Source: Candidatus Dormiibacterota bacterium (lineage in GTDB: Bacteria; Chloroflexota; Dormibacteria; CF-121). Taken from it: a stretch of DNA of 64,000 bases. Each line of letters opens with the position of its first letter. The stretch's first letter is position 1. This document shows, piece after piece, positions 18,063-28,440 of the stretch. The stretch covers positions 196,811 to 260,810 of the forward strand of contig DASZZN010000014.1 in NCBI GenBank assembly GCA_035544955.1, in the 5' to 3' direction. A program made the translations under genes and the position numbers. Below the pieces are notes generated by a model. The model saw only the letters and a list, made by a program, of their open reading frames with translations. It did not search any database and was not told the DNA's origin.

Positions 18063-18243
18063 CCCGCGGGTGCCCTGATCGACCCGGGATCCTGATGTCG
18101 GCTGTCTGGGTCCTGGGGCCTCATCGCCTCATGCCCAAACCGGGGTCTTGAGAGGAGGTCTTCAACCAAAACCATAGCCAGCCTCGCGATTGCAATGAGC
18201 TCTGCTACTCCAACTCGCACGTTAAACTTGAGACCAGGGGGGA

Positions 18244-20103
18244 TTGACATGTATCTGCGTCGGTTGCAGCAGAAGGCGCTCGGCCAAACCACGCCTCGGC
18301 CATAGGGTCATACTGACCGTGACTGCTCCTGAGTGGATCGGGCTGGATGAACTCTCCCGCATCCACCGCATGCGCGGGCCTCAGTTGATGTGGTTTCTAG
18401 GTGCTGGCGCGTCCGCGGCTGCAGGTGTACCGACAGCCGAGAACATGACCTGGGAGTTCAAGCAGGTGTTGTATTCGACCAAGCAAGGCGCTCCTATCAC
18501 GAGCCTCGATCTATCGGAGGACGCCGTCCGCGACCGCCTCACCGAGTACTTTGCCAGGAATCCGGACTTCCCAAAGCCCGGCGATCCCCTGGAGTACGGC
18601 GCGTTGTTCGAAGCTGCTTGGAAATCGCCACAAGATCGACGCCAATACATTGACCAGCAGATCGCTAGGGGCAAGCCCGCGTATGGCAACCTTGCACTCG
18701 CCGCGTTATGGCGAGTCGGCAATGCGCCGGCTGTGTGGACCACGAATTTCGACCGGGTCATGGAAGATGCCGCCACCGCGATGGTGCAGCCTCCCATGAG
18801 ACTGACAATCTCAACCACCGACTCGAGCCAGATCGCTATGCAGGCTCTCAATCAGTCGCGCTGGCCTTTGTATGTGAAGCTTCACGGCGATTACCAGTCC
18901 GACAGTTTGAAGAACGTGTCGACCGAACTTCGTGAGCAGGACACGGGACTCCGTCAGGCTCTGGAGCAAGCGACGCAGCGTATGGGCATGATCGTCGTTG
19001 GTTACAGCGGGCGTGACGACTCGGTCATATCAGCCCTACATGCGGCCTTAGAGACATCGTCTCCATATCCATTCGGACTCTTTTGGTGTTGTCGGTCAGA
19101 CTCGCCGCCGAGTAGCGCGGTTCGTGAGTTAATGCAAGCCTGCGCCACGAAGGGCGTCGAAGCTAGATTCGTCGCGGTGGAGACGATGGACGAGCTACTC
19201 GGCCGATTGCTCCTGCCGCTTGATCTTCCTCCAGACGTCTCTCAGCTGCTCGCCGCGGCCCTCCCGGCACAACCACGGCTGCCATTCATCACTCCGCAGC
19301 GCGGACGAGGTCGCCCAATCCTTCGTTTCAATGCCCTTGAAGTCATGAAATTTCCAACGACGGTTCGTAAGGTCGTCTGTGGCATTTCTGGTACCAAGGA
19401 GGTACGGGAGGCTTTGGCGACCGCAGGGGCCAACGCACTGGCCGTACGACGACGTGACGCGGTCATCGGCTTCGGAGAGGACCGGGGCTTGCGTACCGCG
19501 CTTGAGCCATACGGAATTACGGACTGGACTGTGGGTGCGATTGACATGTCTTCGCTCTTCAAGGAGAGCTCCACAGACCTAGGCCTTTTGTATGAAGCAC
19601 TCGTCGTGGCGTTGGCACGGTCTGAGTCCCTGCAAGCGCGCCGACTTCGCGGCGAACATTTTCTGGTAGTCAAAGACTCGGGATCCGGTGATGCCTTGGC
19701 TGAACTAACGAGGGCTGCGACCACGGTGGCTGGTCAGTGGACAACCCCCGGAGGTTCAGAAATAGCGGGTGAGGTCAGTGGAGTCGGTAAATGGAGCGAA
19801 GGCGTACACCTTCGTTTGGAGTACCGCTTCGACCGTCTCTGGTTAATATTCGAGCCAACCGTTTGGGTTGAGCGAACGGCAAATCTAATCGACGAGGCTA
19901 TCCGGAAAAATCGCCAGGAGTTCATTCGCCAGCGGCTGGAACACCGCTACAACCGCAACGCCTTCGAGTTCTTGACGGCGTGGACGATCCTACTAACCGA
20001 GGAGAAGAATCTTGTCTCGTTCGGCCTGGCTGAAGGCACCGGAATCGATGCCGGCTTCGCTCTCTCAGACCGCAGCGCCCTGTCATTCCATAGGTTCTCC
20101 TAG
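18244..20103 (+). CDS. SIR2-APAZ protein of a short-pAgo (SPARSA) defense system
   Basis: SIR2_2-type motifs FLGAGASAAAGVP, TTNFDRVMEDA and VVGYSGRDDSV in the N-terminal half. The ~300-aa C-terminal extension is consistent with APAZ. The stop overlaps the next gene's GTG start (TAGTG). Confidence 0.8.
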   Translation: MTCICVGCSRRRSAKPRLGHRVILTVTAPEWIGLDELSRIHRMRGPQLMWFLGAGASAAAGVPTAENMTWEFKQVLYSTKQGAPITSLDLSEDAVRDRLTEYFARNPDFPKPGDPLEYGALFEAAWKSPQDRRQYIDQQIARGKPAYGNLALAALWRVGNAPAVWTTNFDRVMEDAATAMVQPPMRLTISTTDSSQIAMQALNQSRWPLYVKLHGDYQSDSLKNVSTELREQDTGLRQALEQATQRMGMIVVGYSGRDDSVISALHAALETSSPYPFGLFWCCRSDSPPSSAVRELMQACATKGVEARFVAVETMDELLGRLLLPLDLPPDVSQLLAAALPAQPRLPFITPQRGRGRPILRFNALEVMKFPTTVRKVVCGISGTKEVREALATAGANALAVRRRDAVIGFGEDRGLRTALEPYGITDWTVGAIDMSSLFKESSTDLGLLYEALVVALARSESLQARRLRGEHFLVVKDSGSGDALAELTRAATTVAGQWTTPGGSEIAGEVSGVGKWSEGVHLRLEYRFDRLWLIFEPTVWVERTANLIDEAIRKNRQEFIRQRLEHRYNRNAFEFLTAWTILLTEEKNLVSFGLAEGTGIDAGFALSDRSALSFHRFS

Positions 20104-21527
20104 TGGCTGACCGACAGTTTCCCGACTTTCTGGCGCTTCGCGAGCCGGAACTCCTGTTTGATCCTATTGATTCCAAACAACGCCATATCCATCCCCTTGA
20201 GGGACTCCTCGCCTACGGACCATATAGCCAGGCAATAGTTGAGGCCGTTCCAAAGCTAATCCGGATAGCGACAATATTGCCTCGCGGCGAAGGAGAACGA
20301 ATCGCAAACTTGCTGAGTCAGCTGAGGAAGCCCATGTCGCCCGAGATCCGAGGCCAGTACCTTCCGCGTTTCCCAGGGTTCGAACCGTTGTTGCGCACAA
20401 CGATGGCGTTGGCGGATCCATCGGCGCGCATCGAACTTGATCCGTCCGTCGAATCCGAGATCACTGGATCAAGTCGTCCGCATGAGGTGCTCGCCAGAGC
20501 ACTGACCGACGCCATCCGACGCCTAGCAGCCCAAAGGGGCGTATTCGACATTGTGATGATTTATCTCCCAGACAGGTGGTCGGTTGGCTTCGAGGGGCCC
20601 GGGGACTTCGACCTTCATGACTTCTTGAAAGGCGTAATGGCTGGGCAGGGCATACCCTCCCAGGTCATCAATGAGCCAACTACAGGCCACAAACCAGATC
20701 AGTGCGGGGTGTTATGGAGCCTGAGCATCGCAATCTACGCCAAAGCTGGAGGTGTGCCTTGGAAGCTGAAAGCCTTCAATCCAGAGGCGATGTATCTAGG
20801 CCTCAGCTACAGCCTCGGCTTGACTCCGGCCGGAGTTCCAAGGTTCGTCACTTGCTGTAGCCAGGCCTTCGATGCGGAAGGTACAGGGTTTGAGTTCATC
20901 GCTTACGAGACTGATGTCAGCCGAGTTCGCGTTGTCGGCCGCAATCCATATTTGGATCGAGAACAAATGCGGGCGGTGATGTCTCGCAGTTTGGCAATGT
21001 ACCTGGCGCGACGGGCAGGCAAGCTTCCGAAACGCATTGTTGTTCATAAGACCACACGCTTCACAAAAGAAGAAGCCGAAGGTGCGATGGACGCCCTAAA
21101 CAAGGTTCGCGAAGTTGAACTTCTACAAGTTCAAGATGACACCCGTTGGAGAGCAGTCAAGACCGACAACATGAACGGCAAGATCGCACCTACTCCCTTC
21201 CCCGTTGAACGCGGCTCGCTTCAGCACCTCGGGCCATATGAGCTTCTGTTGTGGACCCAGGGCAACACCCAACTGGTAGGAGGGCGAAACTTCTTTAAAG
21301 AAGGCACCGCGATTCCGCGGCCGATCCTCCTAAGACGGTGGGCAGGCTCGTCGCCAGCGGAAACGCTGGCTGAGGAGGTTCTCGGCTTGACCAAGATGAA
21401 TTGGAACAACGATGCGCTCTACGACTTTCTTCCGACGACGGTTCGGTATTCTCAAGAACTCGCACAGATTGTTGGAGCAATTCCAAAACTCGACGCTAGA
21501 CCGTACTCGGTCCGGTTCTTTATGTAG
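20103..21527 (+). CDS. Short prokaryotic Argonaute (MID-PIWI, catalytically inactive)
   Basis: 474 aa, immediately coupled to SIR2-APAZ. The PIWI-like segment LPKRIVVHKTTRFTKEEAEG corresponds to the RIxxxRDGVSE region with the catalytic residues replaced. The size and gene order match SIR2-APAZ/Ago systems. Confidence 0.75.
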   Translation: MADRQFPDFLALREPELLFDPIDSKQRHIHPLEGLLAYGPYSQAIVEAVPKLIRIATILPRGEGERIANLLSQLRKPMSPEIRGQYLPRFPGFEPLLRTTMALADPSARIELDPSVESEITGSSRPHEVLARALTDAIRRLAAQRGVFDIVMIYLPDRWSVGFEGPGDFDLHDFLKGVMAGQGIPSQVINEPTTGHKPDQCGVLWSLSIAIYAKAGGVPWKLKAFNPEAMYLGLSYSLGLTPAGVPRFVTCCSQAFDAEGTGFEFIAYETDVSRVRVVGRNPYLDREQMRAVMSRSLAMYLARRAGKLPKRIVVHKTTRFTKEEAEGAMDALNKVREVELLQVQDDTRWRAVKTDNMNGKIAPTPFPVERGSLQHLGPYELLLWTQGNTQLVGGRNFFKEGTAIPRPILLRRWAGSSPAETLAEEVLGLTKMNWNNDALYDFLPTTVRYSQELAQIVGAIPKLDARPYSVRFFM

Positions 21528-21712
21528 GGTACCCTGCCACCTGAGGAATCCGGTTTGACAGCAACGCTGGCGAACTTTGGCGAACCCCGGCGAACGCCAA
21601 CGAACTGTTGACCCCGTCACTCAACTACAAGATGAACGCTGGCGAATCGCGGCGAATGCTGGCGGACGATGCGCCCGCAGGTCAGCCGCTGATGGCACGG
21701 ACCCCGAGGCTG

Positions 21713-22753
21713 CTATCCAGCGGTCTCAGCCGCGGCGGCGACCACCATGTACTTCTTGCAGTCGGCGCTCGTAAGACGACTGAGCTCCTCCTCGAAGCCA
21801 ACATATCCCGAATCGCTAAGCACGGCCGCCCCGAATTTGCAGGCAATCTGCCACGGGTCGGTCTTCGGCTTCGCTTGGTAGTCGAGTAGCAGCCTGTAGC
21901 CCCTTGGCCATTGATCCGAAAACCGCTTCACGCTTAGAAGGCCCTCCACGCTCAAACCCTTATCGGGCCAATTGCTCAGGGCAATCCGGAAGGTGCGCCG
22001 CTTTCGTGACACCCAATCACTGGACGCATCGCTAAGGCAGAAGCGAATTGCATCCTCGACATGGCTAAGGACCCATCCAAGATGAATTGGGTCATCACCC
22101 GTCGTTCGTTGCACCTCCAGGGCAGCTGTTGTGTCTTCGATGCCCGCTTGCACATCTAGCTGAGGTGACACAAACATGTCCTTCGGGAGGCGTAGTTGAA
22201 CGCCACCTGTAAACGTCCGCCGAAACAATGCCTGCTCGGAGGATCCAAACCATTGGACAACGGCCTTGATAAGGGTGGTGTAGGTTGCGGTTTCCAGGGA
22301 TCTCGCTCCAGGCGAACCGTAAAGGATCACGGCAAGCCAAGTGCCGCCACCGCTGGCCATCGTTGAGGTAGCAGCCCAGTAGGGCAAGGGGTTGGACTTG
22401 ACGAGCGTACGGGATCGAGTCTTATGGAAGATTTCGAATTGCGCCGCAACCAGTCCGAGGAGAAGGGCGATGAGCCAGATCGGACGCGGAATGTTCAAGT
22501 GGGCCGCGAACGTCAAAATCAGGCCGCCAAGGGTTAGAAGGAAACCCGCAATGGCCCACCATTGCCGAATGAGCATTGGCACGTACGACTTGAGGGAGAC
22601 CCAGCGTGCTTCCATATAGGGCCTTCTAACGAGCCGCTCAGAGGGTCCGGATCGGAATACGGATTGGACTGCATTGCTCGTTGCTGAACAGGCTACCCGC
22701 TCCTGGGTGACACTGTCTGTCACCGGCCCTTGGTGCAACAACCCAAACGGCAC
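21713..22753 (-). CDS. Hypothetical membrane protein (2 predicted N-terminal TM helices + ~250-aa soluble domain)
   Basis: Hydrophobic segments WWAIAGFLLTLGGLILTFAAHL and IWLIALLLGLVAAQF. The real start is probably the internal MEARWVSL. No recognised domain. Confidence 0.45.
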   Translation of the reverse strand: MPFGLLHQGPVTDSVTQERVACSATSNAVQSVFRSGPSERLVRRPYMEARWVSLKSYVPMLIRQWWAIAGFLLTLGGLILTFAAHLNIPRPIWLIALLLGLVAAQFEIFHKTRSRTLVKSNPLPYWAATSTMASGGGTWLAVILYGSPGARSLETATYTTLIKAVVQWFGSSEQALFRRTFTGGVQLRLPKDMFVSPQLDVQAGIEDTTAALEVQRTTGDDPIHLGWVLSHVEDAIRFCLSDASSDWVSRKRRTFRIALSNWPDKGLSVEGLLSVKRFSDQWPRGYRLLLDYQAKPKTDPWQIACKFGAAVLSDSGYVGFEEELSRLTSADCKKYMVVAAAAETAG

Positions 22754-22825
22754 GCTGACTGCCGGACGCCTTCAGCTCCAAACCGTAATCCGATCCTCTT
22801 GCCGTCGTTGGAAGCGGATGGGCGT

Positions 22826-25192
22826 CTATGGCTTCGGACCAGGTCTTCTACGACGGTGGCGTGCGGGAGGGCCGCCATGGCTGCGTAGCCGATGCCCTCT
22901 CTCCATGGCGTGGAGCGCTCCAACGCCAGCCACTCGACCCTCCCGCCTGGTCTGGTCCAACAGCGGCTGGTACAGATCTTGACCCTCATGGCCGGTGATC
23001 GTGTCAATGTTCCCAACTACGATCAGCAGCCGTTGAGCCCTGGAAACAGCCACATTTAGGCGCTGAGCCTTCTTGAGAAAACCAATGCGCTGCGCCTCGT
23101 TGCTCCGCACGAGGCTTAGGATCACCACGTCGGCCTCCTTGCCCTCGAAGGCATCCACGGTGTTGATCGCTAGCCAGGGCAATTTCATTGGTTCAAGTTC
23201 GTGCTGCAAGGCCTTGACTTGATCTTGGTACATGGCGATTACGGCGGCCTTAAGCTTGGCCGCGCCCAGCTCCTTAAGGCGTCGCACGACGCGGCCAACG
23301 GCCTTAATTTCAGCCGTATTGGAAACGCTTCCGGAGGCTCCCTTCTTTTCGCTACCGGCGATCGTGAGCCAGGCGAGATTGCGATTGAATGGCCAGCGCA
23401 ACGGGGAGCGGAACTCCGACGTATCGGGTCCATTCTTGAGGCGACCGTCGTAGAAAGCGGTGGATACGTAGCTCCCGATCGCCGGGGACATACGGTACTG
23501 CTCCTCTAACATTTGGCGATTGTTTGGAAGTCGGTCCCACCACAGCTCGAAGAAGCTGGCGTCCCTTACACTTGCCCGAGACTCGTCCGATCCGACTGGA
23601 AAGTCTGCGGCACCCTCGTCAACCACCGGCGGTAACTGACGGTGGTCCCCGACTAACACCCAGCGCTGCGCAAAGCTAAGGATAGGCACCATTTCAGAAA
23701 TCCGAACCTTGTTGGCCTCGTCGAGGATCAGCCACTCGAACATACCAGTCGGCCACTGGCACAGAGCCAGGCGGTTCACCGTTCCGAGAATGACCTGAGC
23801 TCGGTCGAGACGTGGATCATCGGCGCTCACGAGGCTATCGTGAAATTTCTTGTCCACTTTCGTGGCGTCAGCGACCCGCACGATGTTCAAGCCAAGGTCC
23901 GCTAGCCTCTCTTGCGCACTATCCACCGCGGTATTTGAGTGGGAGGTCACCACGATGTGCAATTCAGGTTCGAGCTCTAGCAGGAGACGGACTGTCTCCA
24001 CGATCGAAGTTGTCTTCCCCGTCCCCGGCGGGCCCTGAACGAGAAGCACTTCACCAGGTTCCAAATTGATTGCCCCAAGAACGGCAGTCTTCTGGCTCCG
24101 ATTCAGCTCACGCCTGAGGTCGAGTTCACCAGCTTCTTCAGTGTCGATTGTTGGGGCCTGAAAGGCTTCTGGCGTGGCAAGCAACTTCGCTAAGCCGGCT
24201 AAGCCCAGATCGCCGGCGTTGAGTCCGGAAAAGCCACGCAACTGAGCACGAGGAACGGCCGTGTTAAGGCGCAGCTTGATTGAGCCGTCAGTAAGTTGCC
24301 CATGCTCGTCAAGGGCTACGAGCCAAACAAGGCCGGCAGGCTTGCCTTTAACGGCAGATCCCCGTGATTCGGGGGCGTTAACCGGAAATAGGACGACGTC
24401 CACGCCCTCTTCCAGCGGCATCGGTCGAGACAGACGGATTCGAGCGCCGTAAGCCTTGACCGGCCGGTGGCAAGCCGTGCAGTCGCTTCGACCGCTGGGC
24501 TGAAGGCGCTTGCAGCTCATGCAAATCCAGCCCTGCGATTCAATTGCGTATGTACGCCGGGACAGCTCTTCCTGCCTCTCGTGCCACTCGACGTCGTGTT
24601 GAGTAAAGGCTTCCGCCGCCCGTATGAGAGGCGTCGCAGCGGCTCGTTGGATGGAATCGACGAGACCACCGAGCCAGTCCTGCTCGGGATTGAACTGCGC
24701 CGAGCCGGCAGTTGGCCGGCCCAGAGACACATCACCCAGCGGCCCCCAATTTGGGTTCGTCGGAAGCCCTGATGCGAGATCCTCGATGGCAAATGCTGTC
24801 ACTCTGACGCCTCTGGCGGCGGCGCCGAAGGCCGGGCCTACTAAAGTCACAGAGCCGAACCCCACGAGAGAGGTTGCCCGGACGGATACGGCCAAGCGCA
24901 AAGGGCGGAGTGTGTTATCGAGCCGCCAATCCATTGGCAAGACCGTGGCGCGATCGAGTACCGCGACGATCGTGGCGAGATCGAGGCCTCGTTCGGCAGC
25001 CGCGGATCGTGCGCTGGCGGATAGCGATACGAGTAGCTGTTGGGCCAATTCCAATTGGATTATTGAGTCGGCTACAGCCTCGTCATTTACCCGGCTGCCG
25101 CTTCGCGTGCTTCTTCGTTTGTTCGAGCGCGCTGCCCGCGATCTCCTTCTCCTTCTTTGTGCTCTTTGGATTCGACAGCATTTTCGAGGCAT
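22826..25192 (-). CDS. Superfamily-1 Upf1/DNA2-like helicase (AAA_11/AAA_12) with ~370-aa N-terminal region containing a zinc ribbon
   Basis: Motifs I GPPGTGKTT, II LILDEANKV, III LVGDHRQLPPVV, IV QYRMSPAIGSYV, V VNTVDAFEGKEADVVILSLVRSN and VI NVAVSRAQRLLIVVG. N-terminal CMSCKRLQPSGRSDCTACH. The first ~50 aa are Arg-rich, so the true start is possibly downstream. Confidence 0.85.
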   Translation of the reverse strand: MPRKCCRIQRAQRRRRRSRAARSNKRRSTRSGSRVNDEAVADSIIQLELAQQLLVSLSASARSAAAERGLDLATIVAVLDRATVLPMDWRLDNTLRPLRLAVSVRATSLVGFGSVTLVGPAFGAAARGVRVTAFAIEDLASGLPTNPNWGPLGDVSLGRPTAGSAQFNPEQDWLGGLVDSIQRAAATPLIRAAEAFTQHDVEWHERQEELSRRTYAIESQGWICMSCKRLQPSGRSDCTACHRPVKAYGARIRLSRPMPLEEGVDVVLFPVNAPESRGSAVKGKPAGLVWLVALDEHGQLTDGSIKLRLNTAVPRAQLRGFSGLNAGDLGLAGLAKLLATPEAFQAPTIDTEEAGELDLRRELNRSQKTAVLGAINLEPGEVLLVQGPPGTGKTTSIVETVRLLLELEPELHIVVTSHSNTAVDSAQERLADLGLNIVRVADATKVDKKFHDSLVSADDPRLDRAQVILGTVNRLALCQWPTGMFEWLILDEANKVRISEMVPILSFAQRWVLVGDHRQLPPVVDEGAADFPVGSDESRASVRDASFFELWWDRLPNNRQMLEEQYRMSPAIGSYVSTAFYDGRLKNGPDTSEFRSPLRWPFNRNLAWLTIAGSEKKGASGSVSNTAEIKAVGRVVRRLKELGAAKLKAAVIAMYQDQVKALQHELEPMKLPWLAINTVDAFEGKEADVVILSLVRSNEAQRIGFLKKAQRLNVAVSRAQRLLIVVGNIDTITGHEGQDLYQPLLDQTRREGRVAGVGALHAMERGHRLRSHGGPPARHRRRRPGPKP

Positions 25193-25276
25193 CGCGGGCG
25201 ACCCGTTTACTGGTCATTTCGAGCTCCTTTCGCTTCGTCGTGCCGACCGCATCGGCGGCTATGTTAAAGGGCAGCG

Positions 25277-26248
25277 TTGACAGCTGTCTGTCGCAACGTG
25301 GCCAGGGCCGCCTGGGCGGCTCGGCGTCACTACGGTGTTCCCTGCGACAGTCGTTGGCTGGCTCAGTGGGTTTTCCCAACGTTGATCTCGAAAATGCGCC
25401 ACTCTATGAGCGTGGGAGTTCAACGGACTCCGGCTCCGGAGTTTCCGATCGATCAGAGCAATTTGCTGAATTCCTTCGATCTCTTGCTGCAGAGAGCCGT
25501 TGGTCTGGCCGCCGAGGCCGGAGGGAAGCCGCGTCGATCGCCGGGGCCGTTCATTATCTTTGCGATTTTTGTCCGATTGGTCCAACTGGCGCGAAGCATT
25601 CAGGCGATGGCCCGTTCGGGCTATGCAAATGAGGCGCAGCCTCATGCCAGGGCGATGGTTAACGCAGCGGTAAACCTGATCTTTATCGCCGATGCCGAGA
25701 GCGATGCTCGCGGGCTGCTCTTTGCCTCCTTTTCTCAGAAGAGGCGCGCACGACGTGCCGAATCGCTCGTCAAGCAAGGTTTTCTGGATCGAAAGCGCGC
25801 GGAAGAGCTGGAAGTAGCGGAGATAAAGAAAGATGAAGAGGCGCTGAAGCACCAGGAGGAGAGTGGCGTGAAACCGGCGGCCAAATTGGGCAGTGCCAAT
25901 ACCTGGACCGGGCTTTCCGACCAAGACCTAATGAAGCTGGTCGGTCGCTCCGATTGGTACGACATCTATTACGTGCCATTTTCGGATGCCGTGCACGCCA
26001 ACATCGTAGGTGTTCAGCAGGAAATCATTCAACTGAGCAGGGGACAGATCTCGTATGGCCCGCGATACCCAGGCCGAGTCCTTCTACTGGTGGTGATGGC
26101 TGCAGCGGATGCACTTAGCGAGGCACTCCTCAACCTCACTAAATACTTCGGCCTCAACAAGGAAAAGGAGATCGAAGGTCTGAAGGCTGATATCCACTCT
26201 GCACTAAAGACATACGCTGCCGGCACCTCGTTTCAACAGAATGTCTAG
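25277..26248 (+). CDS. Hypothetical protein (323 aa), divergent from the helicase gene
   Basis: ORF with a charged coiled-coil-like middle (EELEVAEIKKDEEALKHQEESG). The probable real start is an internal M (MRHSMSVG / MSVGVQ). No motif recognised. Confidence 0.45.
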   Translation: MTAVCRNVARAAWAARRHYGVPCDSRWLAQWVFPTLISKMRHSMSVGVQRTPAPEFPIDQSNLLNSFDLLLQRAVGLAAEAGGKPRRSPGPFIIFAIFVRLVQLARSIQAMARSGYANEAQPHARAMVNAAVNLIFIADAESDARGLLFASFSQKRRARRAESLVKQGFLDRKRAEELEVAEIKKDEEALKHQEESGVKPAAKLGSANTWTGLSDQDLMKLVGRSDWYDIYYVPFSDAVHANIVGVQQEIIQLSRGQISYGPRYPGRVLLLVVMAAADALSEALLNLTKYFGLNKEKEIEGLKADIHSALKTYAAGTSFQQNV

Positions 26249-26827
26249 GTGTCGATGCTCCTTTCGAAAAGAGTCACGCCTTTATTCGCCAGTGGTCCGG
26301 CGGAAGCATCAGGCCCTCCGAAGTTCCTCGAAGTCGCGGTGAATGCCGAGATAGCAAGGCATGGCTACCACGGTCGCCGCGAGTCAAGGACCGACGGAAA
26401 ACTGACTCAGACCTTGTAGGCGCGAGTGCCCGTGAGATTGCGCAAACTGTGCGCCATCGCCTGATTGTTCGCGGCTTGGTTTATCCAAAGGTTGATCAGA
26501 TTGCCAGCGCGAACCTCTTCTGGTGACCACCATCGCGCGTACCCAAGACGGGGCACCGTCGTATATCCGAGACTCCGCAGGCGTCTCGCCCATCGGGGAA
26601 GAACGCGGCGAAGCCTTTCGACGGACTGAGAAACCAAACCGGACCATATGAGGAAGTCGACAAGGCCATCCACCATTGCGTCATCCGAAGGGCGCGGCTT
26701 GGTGGCCGTGAGGAGTCGCGTGAAGGCCGGTCGCATGTTCATAAACCGATAGTACCCGGCTCGACGGCTACCGATTCAAGAACTCTTGAAACATGCTGAG
26801 ACGTTGTCGGCGCTCCTGGCCCAAGCC

Positions 26828-27346
26828 TCATCGACTTGAGCGGTCGTGCGTGCCCGCTCCGGCGCCGCCTCCGGCAGCTAATCGAGAGGCCGTATGTGCG
26901 ATGTGCACGCCACGCAGATGACACTCGTCCACTATCTGGGCTCGAGCAAAGCTGCAAAGCGGGAATCGCTCAAGCAGGTCGATCCAAGCGCGTACGAACG
27001 CTGGACCGTGCGCTTCTTCCGTCGGACAAAGAACATGAGTAGCTTCATGGAACAAATGTAGTAATCGCGTCAGCGGCTCCTTGCCGACGTCGATAAGGTT
27101 GATCGCACGTTCTCCCGATACCACAAAGGCTTCCGCCCGGGTCCGGGTACTCGCCAGCCATCCGATTGACTGTGCTTCGGACCGAGATAGCAATCGCACT
27201 GTAATTGGGGGCTCTCCGATCAGAGTCATGGCCCGATCAAGCCAATCCTGAGCAGCTTGCACGTTCTTTAGATCAGGTGTTAGGTGGCCAGCCTGGGTGT
27301 CGATTGCATAGACGGCGTCACGCTGCGGGTCCTCTCGACCGGGCAT
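26828..27346 (-). CDS. Putative HExxH zinc-metallopeptidase-like protein
   Basis: LLHLFHEATHVL...HGPAFVRAW, an HExxH motif plus a downstream HGP(A/E)F as in SprT/WLM-type metallopeptidases. Weak. Confidence 0.4.
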   Translation of the reverse strand: MPGREDPQRDAVYAIDTQAGHLTPDLKNVQAAQDWLDRAMTLIGEPPITVRLLSRSEAQSIGWLASTRTRAEAFVVSGERAINLIDVGKEPLTRLLHLFHEATHVLCPTEEAHGPAFVRAWIDLLERFPLCSFARAQIVDECHLRGVHIAHTASRLAAGGGAGAGTHDRSSR

Positions 27347-27627
27347 CTGCTTTCCATTCTTACCAAAAGATGCGTGTGCGAAAGAACGTAACTCCGCCTC
27401 GCCGTACCCTCTTACTTGAAAGGCGAGCTCCCGCGAAGCGGATGTAGGTGTTAGCGATATATGCTCCCGGCTGGAGCGCTTCCTTGAGCGCGCGATCGTA
27501 GTGTTTCTCGGCGTTCGAAAACTTGGCCTGCTGCCAATCCTTTCGGCCCGATTCCACGCTCGTCTCGAAAATGAAGTTGCTGAAGGCCATGCCCCGCCTC
27601 AGCGCGGAGTCTAGCAGTCGGACGCTT

Positions 27628-28440
27628 CTAAGGAGTGAGCACCGGGGCCGAACCCTGCAACCGCTGGCACTCACCCAATCCACCGCCGGTCAGCGTTCGC
27701 AAATCGTCATACGCCGAAACCGTTGCCTGCGCGACCGGTGCCCAAGGGTTCGGGAATCCGCTGTAGGTGAAGGACTCACGGAAGACGATGCGGACGGGTG
27801 TCGGCCCATCTGCCGTCGTCAGCTGCTGGCTCTCAAACCCGCTCACGTGCCCAGCGCTGTCATAGAGCACGGCTTGCGCCTGAAGGCCCTGGCGAGCGGG
27901 CTGCACCTGCAGCGTCCCGGTGACCTCACCCGGATACTGCTGCCCGGCGTACTTCGGATCCACGCGCGGCTTCGTCCAGATGCCGGGTGCAGACGGGACG
28001 GGGGCGGGCTGCTTGCTCGCGTTCACGATCGGATAGGCGCACGGAGCGCTCTCCCGCGGGTCAGGGGTCAGGGCGAAGCGAACCGCTGGCGCCGTGGTGT
28101 CGCCGCCGGCACCAACGGCGACCGTTTCTCCCGGCAAGAGGTTGGCTTCCGAGACGCTGAAGACGCCAACCTGCGCTCCCTGCGCGTCGTAGAGGGTCGC
28201 CTGATACCTGACGGTGTAGGCGTAGGTCGTGCTCACGTCTTTCAGGACCATGCCAATCGATCTGCCCCCAAGTCCGGCCGCCACGATCCGCACATCAGCC
28301 AGAGTGGGCTTTGGGGTGGGTGAGGCAGCCGCTAGGGTACTCGTTCCACCGGATGTGCCGCAAGCCGTTAACAAGGCGAGGCTGATAGCGAATCCAACGC
28401 TGGTCCCGATGCGACGCCCGGCGACAGGCGCCTCAGACAT
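27628..28440 (-). CDS. Hypothetical lipoprotein
   Basis: Signal peptide with lipobox (SLALLTAC|GTSG), Thr/Ala/Pro-rich linker, secreted-protein composition. Confidence 0.5.
   Translation of the reverse strand: MSEAPVAGRRIGTSVGFAISLALLTACGTSGGTSTLAAASPTPKPTLADVRIVAAGLGGRSIGMVLKDVSTTYAYTVRYQATLYDAQGAQVGVFSVSEANLLPGETVAVGAGGDTTAPAVRFALTPDPRESAPCAYPIVNASKQPAPVPSAPGIWTKPRVDPKYAGQQYPGEVTGTLQVQPARQGLQAQAVLYDSAGHVSGFESQQLTTADGPTPVRIVFRESFTYSGFPNPWAPVAQATVSAYDDLRTLTGGGLGECQRLQGSAPVLTP

Noticed and set aside
24874-25632. 252-aa plus-strand ORF spanning the helicase start and the next gene's 5' region
   Set aside because: Crosses a divergent intergenic region. Leu/Ser/Arg-rich nonsense composition. 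It overlaps two better-supported genes.
27523-28323. 266-aa plus-strand ORF antisense to the lipoprotein gene
   Set aside because: Shadow ORF. The minus-strand product has a clean signal peptide and lipobox.
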